Shown piece by piece: positions 40,365 to 55,666 of a DNA stretch of 64,000 nt (the stretch's first letter is position 1; the number at the start of each line of letters is the position of its first letter). Location: the NCBI GenBank assembly GCA_012295275.1, contig CM022672.1, forward strand, positions 23,064,001 to 23,128,000, in the 5' to 3' direction. The notes beneath the pieces were generated by a model. That model ran no database searches. It saw only the letters and a program-made list of their open reading frames with translations, and was not told the origin of the DNA. Position numbers and translations under genes: made by a program. Origin of the DNA: Chrysomallon squamiferum. Its lineage: Eukaryota; Animalia; Mollusca.

Positions 40365-41729
40365 CTCTAACAAAAAAGAAACGCAAAAGTAGATTTTATT
40401 GACATTGGGAATATCTAATGGATCAACAGAAAGCAGCAGAATGTTCACATTTTACACACACTTTCGCAATTCATTAATATTGATGGTATTACATTGAAAA
40501 GGTTAGAGTTCAAAGTTATAACAGTATACTGTCAATACCTTGTTTGCCCATCATGGGAGTCCAGAACTGCCTGACATCTCCTTCCCATGGCAGTAATGAC
40601 ATTACGAATTACACCTTGTGGAATGGTGACCCACTGTATTAATAATGCCAACTGAGCACAATTCTGTGGCTGTGGTTGATGTTGCCTCAGTCGTCCATCC
40701 AACTCGTCCCATAAATGCTCTATAGGGTTCAAATCCAGAGATTTAGAGGGCCAGGTACGCTGTTGTGAGTCTGGCTGTATGTGGTCTCGTATTGTCGTGC
40801 TGGAATACAGCGTTACCATTATTCATAATTGGAGCAACATATGGCTGCAAAATTTCATCTCGGTTTCTCTGTGCCATTAAGTTGCCTTCGATGGAACCAG
40901 GTTGGTCTTGCAAGAATATCAGATTGCTGCCCACACCATCACACTACCACCGCCAAATCTGTCCGCTTCCTGTATGCCGTTTGCAGCAAAACGTTCACCA
41001 CGACGTCTGTAAACTCGCCATCTTCCATCAGCTCGACGAAGCAGAAATCCCAGCCTCGACACTAAACCAGACAGTTCTCCATCGTAAATGAGGCCAGACT
41101 GTGCATGTGACACCATTGACGTCGTAGTCGACGATGTTGTTGAGTCAAAACCACTCTTCTTACAGGCCGTCTTGCTTGAATACCTGCCTCGCGTAAACGA
41201 TTGCGCACTGTGAGCCGATATTCTACGCAGACCTGGTATTGCTGAAGCAGCAGAGGTTGCCATGGTGGTTCTTTCCCGTAGATGAAGTACCCGTATGTAG
41301 CGGTCCTGGGGCTGGTGGTTGGTTACACATGGTCTACCTGATCTGGGACGGTCAAATGTTGTTTGGTGTTGCTGGAACCGATACCACAATCTCACGATGG
41401 TGCTTGGGGATACATGGAACACCCAGGCTATGACCAAGAAGGATTCACCAGCTTGTAAACGGCCGATGGCGTTGTTTCGTTGCTTCAAGTTGTGGCATTT
41501 GAAAATGTTGGGTTGGAATTTAATAACCCTCAGTATTCGAAAACCTTGATAATTTATAACCCTCGTATTCAAGCCTTTATTTTGTATTACCTGCTTTTTG
41601 GCGACTGTAATAAAAGCTATACGTTTGAATCACCAAATGTCATTATATTCATAGTTTGTACATTCATATGTGTCAGTTTACAATAGTTATCTAAGAAATC
41701 AACCATTCTGCGTTTCTTTTTTGGGAGAG
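40365..41729 (-). mobile_element. Tc1/mariner DNA transposon, both TIRs present, decayed (1365 bp)
   Basis: TIRs ctctaacaaaaaagaaacgca / tgcgtttcttttttgggagag (2 mismatches) are each flanked by TA within (TA)n runs and enclose a transposase relic. Confidence 0.92.
40532..41498 (-). pseudogene. Tc1-like DDE transposase pseudogene
   Basis: It retains the HTH RNNAIGRLQAGES...VSPSTIVRLWYRFQQ..TTFDRPRSGRP, GGGSVMVW, FQHDNTRPHTAR, WPSKSLDLNPIEHLWDEL and a terminal GQTRY*. The pieces lie in different frames, and the first catalytic Asp is lost (VWFSVE). Confidence 0.92.
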
Positions 41730-43749
41730 TATATATATATACATAAATTCAGCTAAGGTGTACATATGCTGATAAATAAAACATACTTATGTTGGCTTGC
41801 ACTGACAGAAACGTATTTAATTTCAACACAGAACAAACAATTCATGTGGTGTGCATGATATTTATTATTTGTGTCAATACATATTCTGAAAAAGGAATCA
41901 CTGATAGTGGAAACAACGAAAAAAGTATTAACAAATGACTTCAAGATTCTTGAAATGTACATTATTCTTTTGTTAATATTATATGTTACGGTGATTTATT
42001 ATAATAACAGCACCCAAAGTACAGGCACATGTGCGTAATAAAAATATAGTTGTTATTGATAACGGCTTGCAAATATTTAAACGTATAAATATAATATATT
42101 AAAGGTATGCTTGTGTATGTGTGTGTGTGTGTTCTAAGTAAAGAATGTAATACGCATGAGTAATGCTAGAAGATAGTATGTTGGTCTAACTGTGTGTGAG
42201 TTATATATACATACACACATATATATATATAAAATAACGCAAACACATATATATACAATCTCTTGTCATTTCTCTCTGTTTTATATATAGTTCTTTTCAA
42301 AAAGGTTCAGACTTAAATTTATAATTTTATTTTTTTAAATATCTCAGTCCTAAAAAAGGTAATTTTTATTTGTGCTTATTGCACATCGTTTTACTTTAAT
42401 TAACTATCACTCATTTGTAACTAAAGGAAACAACAACAGCAAAAACTCCACCCATCCACACACACACACGCACGCAGGCACGCACGCACGCACGCACGCA
42501 CGCACACACAAGAACATCTATGCATGAGAAAGGTGTACACAGATGTCGGTTTGAAATGTAATTATTTCACGAGCAGGTCAGAAATCATTGAATAGAGAGT
42601 ATTTATATATTTTATATTTTTTTTTATTAATTACCCAAATTACTGCTGTACTTGTTTCCATTTAGCATCAGTATTCTTTTACATAGCAGAAAATCACCTG
42701 TGTGTGAAAAAAAATACACCCTAAGTGAAAAGGTGTGTTAGTGTTAATGTAATTAACATTTCTTGTATGTCAGTAAGAAAAAAAACACCACTCCTGATAA
42801 TTAACACCTTTCTTTTGTTACTGTAAGAAGAGAATCACTTTCTAAATTAAAATCAGGAAAAAGAAGAAGAAAGAAAGAAAGAAAAAAAGAAAAGAAAAAT
42901 TTACTAGAGAGATAAAAGAAATACATTTTTTATTTTATATTAGAAATTAAACTATTTTGAGAAAAATCCTCGTCAAAAAAAAAATAATTATATTAATAAC
43001 AGCTCGAGTTTCGGTTTCACTTTAAAAAAATGTCCACTCGGATACACAGTTAATGTTCTGGAAAGAAAACATACAAGATACTGTAATTTAATATTCAGGC
43101 TCTTTGAAACAGGTTCTAATGAATTTAGCAGTCACTGTACATAAATGAAACTTTCAAGTTAAAATAATTCAACTTTCGATTTCGTTTTCTTCTTTGTAAT
43201 TTTTGTTTTGTTTTGTTTCTTTCTACCTAAACTGTAGTTTTTGAACTAAAAATTATAAGATAATGATCGAATGCTGTGTGACATTCCATCAGCATATAAA
43301 ATAACCTCGTTTTTTTAAAAAAAAGCGTGTGTTGTTGATACATAGATTTTTTATCTAAAGATTATAAGATAAACGTTTCATATTATTTTAAAAAAAGGGA
43401 TTTAAATGGTTCAAGAGCAATAAAAAGTGAAAAAAGAGAAAAAAAAAAAAAAAAAAAAAAAAAAGACACCTTGAAAAAGAAGAAACCTCCATTTTTAAAA
43501 TGAATAGTGTTATTTAAACGTTTCTAGGTGGTTTATAATGTAATTTCCAGGTGGTTAAACAAGTTACTTGAGGAGATTTTGGAAAAACTTCCAGAAAATA
43601 ATTACCGACAAAAGCGGCAACGTCTTTCATCCAAATACAAGCTTCGGTATTTGGCAAAATCCCAGATTTCTAAAGTGTGTGTATTTTTTAACCATTGTCT
43701 TTGTGCAACTGTAATGTAAAGATCTCCATGTTATGTAAAACGAACTGCT

Positions 43750-43762
43750 GTTGCATGGAAAC
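43750..43762. promoter_or_regulatory. RFX X-box-like motif
   Basis: gttgcatggaaac; motif match only, with no linked gene identified. Confidence 0.25.
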
Positions 43763-45992
43763 AGAAAATGCAAAAACAACGGGTAAAATTGCTAAAACTA
43801 CAAAACAGTTTTACAGTGTTTATGTTTGGGTTATAAAATCATGACTGGTTACACTTTTATTTTTCTTTCTCTGTGTTGTATTTCAGTAGCAAGTTTACAT
43901 AGAAAATTTATTTCTTTATTTTTCTTTTTTTTTTAATATACAAAAAAAGTCGACGGAAAAAAACCTCCAAAAATAAGATATTTTTGTTCTGATTTAAAAA
44001 TAGCTCTCTTCCATCACCATAAAAGTTTATTACGCTTGCTACTGTTTGGAAACGTACCTGAGAAATAGTTTAATTCGTTTTTGTCAACCAAAAAAAAAAA
44101 AAAAATAAAAAAAAAAAAAAAAAAAATAAAAATAAAACAAGAAAAAAAAAAAAAAAAAAAACGAGGAATCAAAAAAAAAAAAAGTCTGCTGAAATGAAAG
44201 GTTTAAAAACCTAAAAAAATCATTAATATTAAAAACGTAAATGACATATAAATTTGATTTGACTTAGACATATAGAAAATACAGCAATGAAATAATCCCC
44301 AGTCCCAGCGGCATTTGAATATACTGTCAAATGAATTGTTGAATTCAGTGTATGGTGAAGTTGCTTGTCTTCGCTCATATTTCTGTCATTATTTTTTTTT
44401 CGCTCTTACATTATCCCGTCACCCGCCCAGTAAAACATGACACAAACTAGCTGTGGGATGTACAGTTCTATCTCAGAAAAAAAAAAAAAAAAAAAAAAAA
44501 TTATTTGCGTTGGCACTGTTATCCATGATGTATTATTAACTGGACTAATTATTTATCATCATCTCTAGTGGGGGTGCTGCACTCATCTAGAACAGCCATT
44601 CAGAATCTGTGCCACTGGGAGCTAGTATAATAAAGTTTGAGGGTTTCTGTCTTACTAATTACAAAGTCAGCTAACACAGTTTGAACTAAATTTCCATCGC
44701 CATCGAAATCTGAAATTACACACTAATCATATATACACCACACACACACACACACGAACACACTCACACACGCACACACACACACAGACACAAACACACG
44801 CACACATACAAACATACACACACACAAATCAACACATTCACACCCAAACACAAGTGCACATACACAGACACACACTCAAAAACACAAACACAAAGACACA
44901 TCATACCACACACAGTGCATAAACATTCTGAAAAAAGAGATCTAAGCTAATAAAACAACATTTTTTGTTTGCTTTGAAATACAATCATGGGGCACGTTTT
45001 GGGACAGGTCTGGGGTTTTTTTTTTTTTTTTTTGACATCCTGAAAGCACCAGTAGACTAACATATCTAAGATAACTCTCATCACATACCAACATCAGTGT
45101 GTCCTGTTACATCATCATCAAGACAACCAGATTCAGAGAAGCGGATAAAAAGTTGTTTTTAGTCTCATCAACGACGTGCTTCTTGGTAGAAAACAGCCTC
45201 GAAAACAGAAACGAGTCTGTTAATAATATAATAATATTCTAAATAGATTTTTCTTACTTACACATAATTTTTGAAAATATATTTCATGTTAAGATATATT
45301 CTATTGTAACAGATAGCCAATGAAGTATTTATATATGTTTGCCTGAAACTGTTTTATATATTTCTGGTAAAAGGTTAAAAAAAAAAAAAAATATATATAT
45401 ATATAAATAATAAAAAAAAATTAATAAGAAAACTGTATAAAAATATTTTAAATACGTTCAAATGAGTTTTATTTTCTCATTTTTTAAAAATATATTTGTT
45501 GCTCTTAAAAACAAATGTTATAACTATATGGTAAATTCTTTCAAAGTATTGTTTTTTCCTCTTGTGTAAGTGATAGTGTTAAGAAACAGACTAAAACGTT
45601 ATAAATTTACGAATGATTGATTTGTTTGTTTCTTTATGAAATATACTTGTTGTTGTTATAAAAACATTTTCTGTAGTGCATGTATTATCTGGTTTCTCGT
45701 TACAGTACACTGGTTGAGTAGTATGAACAAACAGCTTAAATATATCTCTTTTATTTGTCACTGGAAACCAGTAATTGCTAATGTAATACTGTTATATTTC
45801 ATTATCAACAAAGAATGATCTCCAGTTTTTAAATAAAATAATTTTACTTTGAAACATAGAAATTAGGTTTAGGCAATATGCTTGGGCTCGACTTAAAATA
45901 AAAAATAAAACGAAGCAGAAGAAGAAGAAAAAAAAAAAAAAAAGTAACAGACGAAAAAAGAAGAAGAAAAAGAAAGAAGAAAAACACAAAAA

Positions 45993-46173
45993 TGTTCTTC
46001 ATTAGTTTGTCTTCTTTTTGTCGTCGACATATCAAAACAAAAATCCCCCACAAAAATGTATACTTTGTTCTTCATTATTTTCTCTTCTTTTTGTCGTCGA
46101 CATATCAAAACAAAAATCCCCACAAAAACGTATACTTTGTTCTTCGTTATTTTCTCTTCTTTTTGTCGTCGAC
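45993..46173 (+). repeat. 72-73-bp tandem repeat, ~2.5 copies
   Basis: gtcgtcgac recurs at 46020, 46093 and 46165 with near-identical intervening sequence. Confidence 0.9.
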
Positions 46174-46174
46174 T

Positions 46175-46480
46175 CACATTCACGTCAGTAATGTTTTCCA
46201 CGCTTCTGTACTCAGGCAGTGAGAGTTCGCCGTGTGCTACAAAAACAAAACTGAGACTCGAGGTAACCCGAGCACGTCTCCGTCTCGCCCGCAACACTGG
46301 CCTGAACACCGGCCTGACATCCTTCATTAGCAGTCACCGTCGTGAGCGACAGCCCAATTTCACGGCAGCTGCCACGACAGCGTGACGCTCTGTCATGTTA
46401 CGTAGTCAGCGAGTGCAGCTACTGCAGTACTGGTGCTGTGAATCGTCGGCGGCTTCGACGTTTGCGACGGAAGTAATGTA
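46175..46480. other. Unexplained GC/CpG-rich island (regulatory element or small-ORF exon)
   Basis: GC rises sharply here. It contains CRE-like cacgtca, ETS cggaagt and short ORFs on +, and is followed by UTR-like TGTA-rich sequence. Confidence 0.4.
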
Positions 46481-46823
46481 TTTGTGTGAACAACTGTTTA
46501 AAACGTAAAACTGTTTGAAATATGTATGTGTGTGTGTTATAAATATGTGTGTTCTTGTGTTGTGTTTGTACATGTTTAAGAATTTCTGTACTTCTAATGT
46601 GTATGTGTATGTGTGCGTGTGTGTGTTTATGTGTGTGTGAGTTTGTATAAATAATTATATATATGTGATTATGTTTGTATATTGAGTAAATGTATACTGA
46701 TTATCATTATATTCATGAAGGATTTGTTTACAGTTTTATTTTGCAAAATATACCTTACAAAATGTATTGAAATTATAATGCTAAAATATATTTAATTATT
46801 TCAGTATGATATTGTAATCTCTT

Positions 46824-46914
<91 letters not shown>

Positions 46915-48123
46915 GATGATATATTTTTTACGTTTACATATAATTAATTATAAAACACAAGAAAATTATAAAACAAATGATAAGGCACTCTTTTATGCTG
47001 TGGTTATTGTCAACAATAAATACATTTTGAAAACATTAGAAGACATTTCACAACCACATGAATAAATGATTTTATACAACGTTTTAAACAGCACTCCTAA
47101 TTTATGAAAAATTGCAAATAGAAAACAATGTTCATAATGTTTAATTTTATAATTCAGATATTTCATAAAATCGCAAATGAAAAAAGGACGTTTAAACATA
47201 CACACATGTATATACATACATTCATATGCATCTACATACACACATATACATCTACATACACACATATACACATACATACCTATACATATACATAAATATA
47301 TACACACACACAAAAAAAACAAACATACATATACAGAAAGATATTATGAGTACATAATATGCACATATATACCTATATACAAACGTATATACATATCCAT
47401 ACTTTCATATATCACACATATGCACACACATAATGATTCATACAAACCATACACTTGTGTACTATAGGCTATTATGTACTTCTGAATTAGCTCATTCAAT
47501 ACAGAACGATAATTTTAGTCTTTGGTGTTATTTTTCTATCCATTACAGAAAAGAACCGATTTTCAAAGGACAAAAAGAAAATACAAAACAACAAAAGAAC
47601 GCTCAAAGCCATTAGTATTTGAGTTATGGAGTTTAGTAATGTTCTTTATACTTCTGCAAAGATCAGCGATTTTCAGATCTTTTTGTTCAGTTGTCCCAGA
47701 TTAGCCTGATCAAGTCACACTGACACATGGTTTCACTGTTAGTCATAAAGATAGTGGATAAGATAAAGTGTATTTCATATAACGACACTACCCAGAGAAC
47801 TCTGGTTTAACAGCCAGTCAAATTTTTTTTTTGATTTGTTTATTATTATTACTTTTTTTTTTTTTTTAACGTTATGTGCTTCCCATTCACTTGGACATCG
47901 TCATCACCCGAAATCAGAAGAGATGAAAATATAGAAAAAATATTACGTTGAACTGTTCAGATGAGCTGTTATTAATGTCACACTGGACAAGGCTCACCAC
48001 TGTACTGTCAGATCATGATGATATTCCATGTGAACTGTTCAGATAATCTGTTATTACCGACACTTCAAAACTAGTTTTTTCTTAAGTTGAAATTATGTTA
48101 GATCATGCACTTATTTTTATATA

Positions 48124-48155
<32 letters not shown>

Positions 48156-48506
48156 ATCCGTTTCTTATGATGTTGTCATGAACAAGAATTTCAAGAGAAA
48201 TTCACGAATGATTTGTAACCGTTTACAAAAAAGAATTCATAAGCAAAATGATATTTAGCAAAACCTTTTTTTTTTTTTTTTTTTTCTTAACTCAGCATCA
48301 CAGGTACAAAAACTAACTGAACACCGTTTTCTCATAATGGCAGAAACCGTAGTTATTTTATGTAGAAGACAGCTGTCTGGAGTTTTGAAAAAGCAGAATT
48401 ATTATTGACAGCCATTCAGATAAAATGTTTAATAAGAAAAAAACTCGGAAATCTCTTCTTTTTTTCTTTTTTTTCCATATTGGCTCGAACCGACTTGGAA
48501 CACTGG

Positions 48507-48520
48507 TGACGTCATACGTG
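48507..48520. promoter_or_regulatory. Perfect CRE palindrome abutting an HRE-like core
   Basis: TGACGTCA (48507-48514) plus TACGTG (48515-48520); motif match only. Confidence 0.3.
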
Positions 48521-50157
48521 GCTGGTTGTAACGTATTATGAGTTCACATCTGTTTAGTATCTTCGATAATCTATGACTGCTTTTGAGCTTCCGATACAGC
48601 GGGTTTATTCTGAAACATAGAAAAATTTAAATAATAAAAGAAAATGCAAATAACATATACATAACTATGATGATGAATACGATTTGGCTTACATTATATG
48701 ATTTTTGTCTTTGTTAATTTAATAGAAAATACATGACGATGTTGATAGGTAAGATGAATATTCACTTCTGAATTATTTCATCTTTGAAATGAAAACCTTT
48801 CTCAACGCCTCTAGTAAATGTGAATGGTTTCCTATACTCTTCTATTTAAATTAGATATTTTATTTATTTTCAAAATCAATAATGTTACATTATATTACAG
48901 ACGATTATCGTAATATTTAAAAATAATGCTGCTTTATTGTCGATGCTATACAACCAGATGTGACGATATGCTGGAAATTATATAATTACGAAATTTTCTA
49001 TAATTCAGAGTTCTGTTCAAGAGAAGGAAAAGAAGAATTTCTTCATAATTAATTAGTACACACAGCATCTGTTCTCTTTATTATCTGATGTCTTACTACG
49101 TGTCGCAGCTGGAAGGCGGGTGGCAGTGACAATATGTTATTTATTTAAGTCTGATAGAACGACATTGTTAGAAATAACCTGTGCCAAATACAAACAACAG
49201 TTATCTCCCCATTTCTGTCGGGCATCAAGCAAACCAGTCCCCGATTCAGATCAGCAGATGTTTGCTTGTATCAAAAAAAAAAAAAGGACATGTTTTGTTG
49301 TAAATCGCGATCCGTGAAACCACATTCTCTGATTAAACAGTTGTTAAATTTGTTTAGCAAATAGAAATAACCTATAACACAATGGGAAATTAATAATAGA
49401 AATTTTACGCCTGAATACGTGTATTTTAATGAAATCCTTTTCACTGTGTGAAAAGAATTTTTTTTTTTTTATATCATCATATGTAGTGTTTTTCTTTGTC
49501 TCATTTCCAACATGTAGTCATCATTCTGGAGATTATAAAATATTAAGCCGAAGATATTCTAGGGTCGGATCCAGCTGGAACTTTAATTATAGTTATTTAT
49601 AAAGGGTGGGGATTGAATCTTTTATAAATAAATAAATAAATAATTAATTATACACAATAAGTCTTTATGTGTATATGGATATACATACATATGTCCTTGT
49701 ATGTTTGTTTGTATGTATGTATGTATGTATGTATGTATGTATGTATGTATGTATGTATGTATGTATGTATGTATGTATGTTTGCATGCATGGCTGTTTGT
49801 ATGTATCAAAAAACGGATAAAATGGATGCGAATGACTGGTACAAAGTTAGAATCAATTGAAATCTTATTAACAGCATTCCCTGGAACCGCCCCTGAATTA
49901 TTAATCTATTCAAAGAAAAAAAAGAGTTTCTTGGTTCTTTTTTCCCAGAGGATTAAAAGTCCCAGTGTTGTTTTCGTGTAAGGAGTAAATGTTGTTTGGA
50001 GAACTTTGCAACGTGAACAAATGATTTATTCTGTCCCAAGATGCTTACATATTTTTCCCATTCAGTTTTCCCATTTAAACTGCTTTCTGTAATGAAGCGT
50101 ATTCAGTAACAGTGCGTGTTAAGATTATCGGAAAGCAAGTGACTATAACGAAGTGTA

Positions 50158-50214
<57 letters not shown>

Positions 50215-51167
50215 GATAGGGAAGGTATATATTGTAAATAAAAACGAAGAAAACTAATTTTTGACAATAATAATAAATATATAAAGAAATTAATGTTTGT
50301 ATTTGTGAATATCTATATATCTATCTATATGTGATAATATGTGTGTGTGTGTGTATACATATTTGTATATGCATCTACGTTTTTATTTGTAAATGTTTGT
50401 GTATGTGTACATCTGTATTTGCTGACATAATGTATGCACGTATAAAAAGAAAACTGCCATACTTATATATCTGGATTTTGAAACGCATGGTAATCAGATG
50501 TCAAACATAATGTGATTATGTTGGAAAAAAAAAAAAAACCACAACAAAGACACTGTTCTCTTTACAACGGTGCCTTTTGCCGGAAATACTTTTTACATGT
50601 GCGTTCCCACTGAAATGATAGCGCAAACCATGGCGTTTTTGGTTTATACATCTGGATGTATAATCTGAAGCAGTAAATTACGTAACAAGCCACAGAAGTG
50701 ACCCGATCTTACCACTAACCGTTCTTCAACAGACTGCTTCACTATTAAACAGCATTCCTTACACGCTTAACGTTCATGTCATTTACACATCCGTGAACTC
50801 TACGCAAAAAAATGTATTTAGATTTAATACCACGGTTTTTGGGGGAGATTAAATAAATTTCCTATTTTTCCACTACTTGAAATAACTGCTTAACAAACGA
50901 CAATTGATCTATCTGTTTTTCCTAGTCTTATCGTTAAATAAATATAGAACTCGCATTTCAGAGAAAAACAAATGGTTCGGGGGAAAAAAAAAGAAGAAAT
51001 AAATATTTTTCTAAGAAGTGGATCTAAGAAGGGGTATCTTTAGGCTTTGATTTTTGAGATACCGACGTCTGTTTAATTATAACTGATAAAACATGGGTTC
51101 TTGTTTGTACATAAACTTTCTGTTAGAATGCAGTTTGAAGCTACTTTTGAAGTTATTGTAATATAAT

Positions 51168-51270
51168 TATAATATAATATAATATAATATAATATAATAT
51201 AATATAATATAATATAATATAATATAATATAATATAATATAATATAGTATAATACAATATAATATAATAT
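51168..51270. repeat. (ATATA)n pentanucleotide microsatellite
   Basis: Directly visible. Confidence 0.9.
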
Positions 51271-54200
51271 AATAATGATACATAATATATGATATATAAT
51301 ATATGATTATATGATATGATATGACATTGAAATAATGTTTAGCAATTTTCTTTAATAAAATAATATACATTCTTCACCCCAACCCCCCAATAATCACGAA
51401 TCGACCCGACCCTGGCCAGGCCTGTTTCCTAACAGAACTCTCCGACTCCAAGTTGACAGTTTGAAAATAATAATTCTCTCTGAGTTATGTTTTTAAGTGG
51501 AAATCTTCTGTTTTTTTTAAACTTCGGAATCGTTGTTTAACGTGTGCTGTTATAACTGTAAGCAATACTTACGCCGATGGTACAACAAGATTACCTGAAA
51601 ATACCGCAAAAAAAAAAAAAAAACACGAAAAAAAACACCCCTCAACTGTTTTACGTTTCGGCGAAAAATGTATGTTCGTTTTGTTTACTTTTCTTCTGTC
51701 TCAAACCGTTGTTCGTGTACAACTGCCAAACATTTGTTCTAAGTACAGTGTATTCATAGTTTCAAAAATATTTTTAACACTAGCTTTCTTGTTGCGGTTA
51801 TACCTTTACACAAGAACTTCTGTTTTGCTGTGAAACAAAACGGCGTTTCTTTTCTATCGAAATGAACAGGAGCAAAACTATATTTATTTAGTGTTCACGG
51901 TGTATTCAGAATTTACATGTCTTCTTATTACTGAATTAGAATAATTCATATTTTTGTCGTTGCAGCTGTTATTGTTTAAATATTCACGCTGTTGTTTGAA
52001 ATACTTCAGTATATATTAAAATACTGCTTGCCCGTTTCAATTTCCAGTGCGCATGCTCAGACCTATGAAGTACCTTATATATTAATTAGTACACTACAGT
52101 ATAGGGGTGGAGTATGGGTGAGACACATGCATGTTAGCACACATGCTGGGGAGTTAGTTTACATTTAAAATCCATGCAAACTGCATGCAGTTTACCTGTT
52201 GTGTTTTGCATATTATACGTTGTTTTCATTCAAAATTTAGATAAAAAAATGAAATAAATGTAAATAAATAAATAAATAAATTTTGCCGCTTTGATTTTGT
52301 TTTGTTTTTAACTGTCACTTGGATGTAGGTCGTAATATGTAACTTTTTAATCCAATTGCCCAACGGAGATCGTGGAATCTGTTTTCCTGATTTGGACATT
52401 TTGATCAAAGAACCATGTGGATAATCCACAGATGTATGTGTGTTTATATGTTTTTTAATGTGGGTATGTGTATGTGTATGTATGTATGTATGTATGTATG
52501 CATGTGTGTGCATATGGACGATATATGTGTGTATGTTTGTGCACATATACATGTGTGTTTGTACGTGATTGATTATTTTGTTGTATTTTAAAAAATAAAC
52601 TACAAGAAGTTTTACAATATTTTCATTTTATATTATCTAATAATTATAATACATTTATATTTCTGTACACTGAAATATTATTTACAATATCAATAAGTAG
52701 AAAAACATGAAAGAAAATAAATAATAATAACATGAAGAAATTGATAACTAAATATTTACAAGAAGAGAAATTTTAGTTTTAATAATAATAACAATAATAA
52801 TAAACAGTTAAGTGGATAAAACCTGTCTTCTTAGCATAATAGTAAATTTTTGTTGTTGTTGTCGTTGTTATTATTATTATTATTATTACATATTTTAATT
52901 TGAGAAATTTCAAAGAAATAATAATATTATAATTCCGGTTCACCTGATAATAACGATATTGTTTAAACACAATTTTATACGAAAACATAAAATAAAATGA
53001 ATTTTAAATATGATACGAAATCTTTAATTATATACATGAAATTATTTACAAATGTAATACATATTTCTTCAAACTGATTAAAACATTTCGAAATCAGAAC
53101 CTTCGTTGGATTTGAACAAGTAACCGTCACATATTCTCACATACGTATTTTGCTTTAAAAAAACCAAAAAACTAAAAAAAAAAAAAAAAAAAAAAGGAGT
53201 TGAAAACGAAATAAAAATTATAAATTCTCTGCCTTTAAGCCTGCCTATAATAGTGATATTTATTTATATCATTTTTCTATTTTATAAGTTTAAAATTAAA
53301 AGTGGAATAATTAAAAAAAAAAAAAAAAAGATAATAATAAAAAGGAAAGAAGAAAAAAAAGCCATTTCTGCTTTGCAGCCACTAGAATATAAATCATAAA
53401 ACTCTGATATGAATCAGCTATGCACAACAATGTTTAATGATATGGATGTCACGTGACGTTAGTCATTCTGGCATTTGTGAATAATATAAATGAATGGATA
53501 TATCTGTAATATCAATTTTCAATAGGTCGCTTACACATATTTATGTTTGAAACGGTAACCGTTTACAAACATTTATAGCTCCTAATTCTGTAATACTTTA
53601 ATGTGAGTTATTTACATATTTTCAGTAACGAATCTACATATCTTTTTTTTTATGAATGAATTATTTATGATTGAATCACTACTTTTCATCAGTGCATATT
53701 TTTTATTTTTTTTAATATCTCAATCGATATATAGTAATATTATTCAATTTGTTATTAACTCATCTATCGTAATCGTTTTCAACAGGCCAAATACAACACG
53801 TAAGTCATAATTTATGAATTACGATATCTGACTATGACTCCTTAATTCAAGAAAATTGCTGTAGTCAAAATGGCAGATATGTTAGGCAGCGAAACTTATA
53901 ATAAAAACAGGCATCAAATGTCACTTTAAATTTATGAATTACCAACATCCAGTTATCACTGTGCTTAATGAATGAGACAAAAAAAAAGAGGAAATGACAA
54001 GGAATCATAAAAAAAATCTGAGAACAACATAATGTGTCAACAATAATTAGTTCCAATTGGTTTGGCCTAATGACTAAGGATTTAAAATTATATGATATGA
54101 AAATATGACTTATTATTTGGTTACGGAAATACATTTTTATACAAGATTCATTTTGACTTCTGTTTAGTATTAAGAAATTAGTCTGAAATAAGAGACACAT

Positions 54201-55289
54201 GACCGGGAGGGGTGTGTGATTTGTGACTGTCTGCTGAACACAGAACCTCGCTGTGACAGGCTAATTTTCAGTTAACAGAAACATGATCGATGATTGCGGC
54301 ACTAAGGTACAGTCTAAATTCACGGCGATGATAATCAATATTGACTGCTGAAACCTAATGACTACGAAAAACAGTAACATCATCGCGAAATATGGGGTGT
54401 TTTAGGCTCTACACACAAACTATCTGACTGACTGCCTCTTCGTGATTAGATAATAGCTATAACCTAATACAGTTATAAAGTATGATTTGTAATTAGAAAA
54501 TTAAAATGTGAATGTGAGAATATAATTTTTTTTTTATTAGGGTTCAAAGACAATGAATAACTATGAATTAACATGTCAATGATTAACACTAATAGCTGCG
54601 ATTAAACAATTTGGAATTTAATGACAGTTCACGTGACAAACATTACAAATTTGGGCAAGAATCAAAAGCTGATAAATCCAAGAATACGTGGCAAAATTTT
54701 CTTTTAAAATTTTGTTTTAATTTAAACATTTTTTTTTAAATATTCTTTTATGACGTTTAACCTTTTAACCTGTGATATGTGAACCGAATTCAGTACTGCA
54801 ATAGTATGACCTACTTTCTCTACCTTGCACAATTTAACTACAAATTAAGTCATTCGAAAAAGAAAACTACATTGTCGTATCATGATATATCATTATGGAT
54901 CTATATTTTAAATCAACTGGAGATCATTTACGTTCGCTATCTATTTAGTAAAGGAATCCTGATATTATCTGAGTTTACAGATTACTGGTTCAAAAGCAAA
55001 ACCTTTACGTAACCTAAGGCCAGATTCAGATATGTTTTCTGCAGAATATTGGATAAAAGTTGACAGGTATAAGCTACTATGCTGGAGAATATACAGAAAG
55101 TGATATCTTAAGCATAGAGTTACATTGCAGAAAATTGCCAAGATAGATAGACCGATATAAATGAACATATAAATAAATAAATAAACAAATAAATAAATAA
55201 ATAAATAAAAAATTGTAATAAATAAATTATAACAGTTAATAAATAAATATATAAACAAACATATAAAAATTTAATTAAATAAACAGAAA

Positions 55290-55299
55290 TATAAATACG

Positions 55300-55346
<47 letters not shown>

Positions 55347-55618
55347 CTTTTGATGATAATTATGATGATAATGTTGATTATAATAATGAATGAAAATCTC
55401 GTGTTTAAGCATATACAAGGTTTTAGTAACAGAACAAGAAATAATAAAATGTTATTGTGAGGAACTATATGGGAACTCATGCTAAATGTATTTTTAAAAC
55501 AGCATAACAACATCTGTTAGATATACGAAGCCAAGACAAAAGCCTACTTGAGAAATCAAAGATAAATAAATAAATAAATAAACAAATAAATAAATAAATA
55601 AATAAATAAACAAACAAA

Positions 55619-55661
<43 letters not shown>

Positions 55662-55666
55662 AATAA
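55290..55666. repeat. (AAAT)n tracts
   Basis: Two tracts, ~55300-55345 and ~55562-55666. Confidence 0.85.

Noticed and set aside
42678-42827. Possible short TIR element (ttacatagcagaaaa...ttttgttactgtaa)
   Set aside because: The TIR match is weak and there is no clear TSD.
15466-53562. 13-bp quasi-palindrome aaacggtaaccgt at 15466-15478 (-) and 53550-53562 (+)
   Set aside because: No flanking similarity; two short copies in 64 kb do not establish an element.
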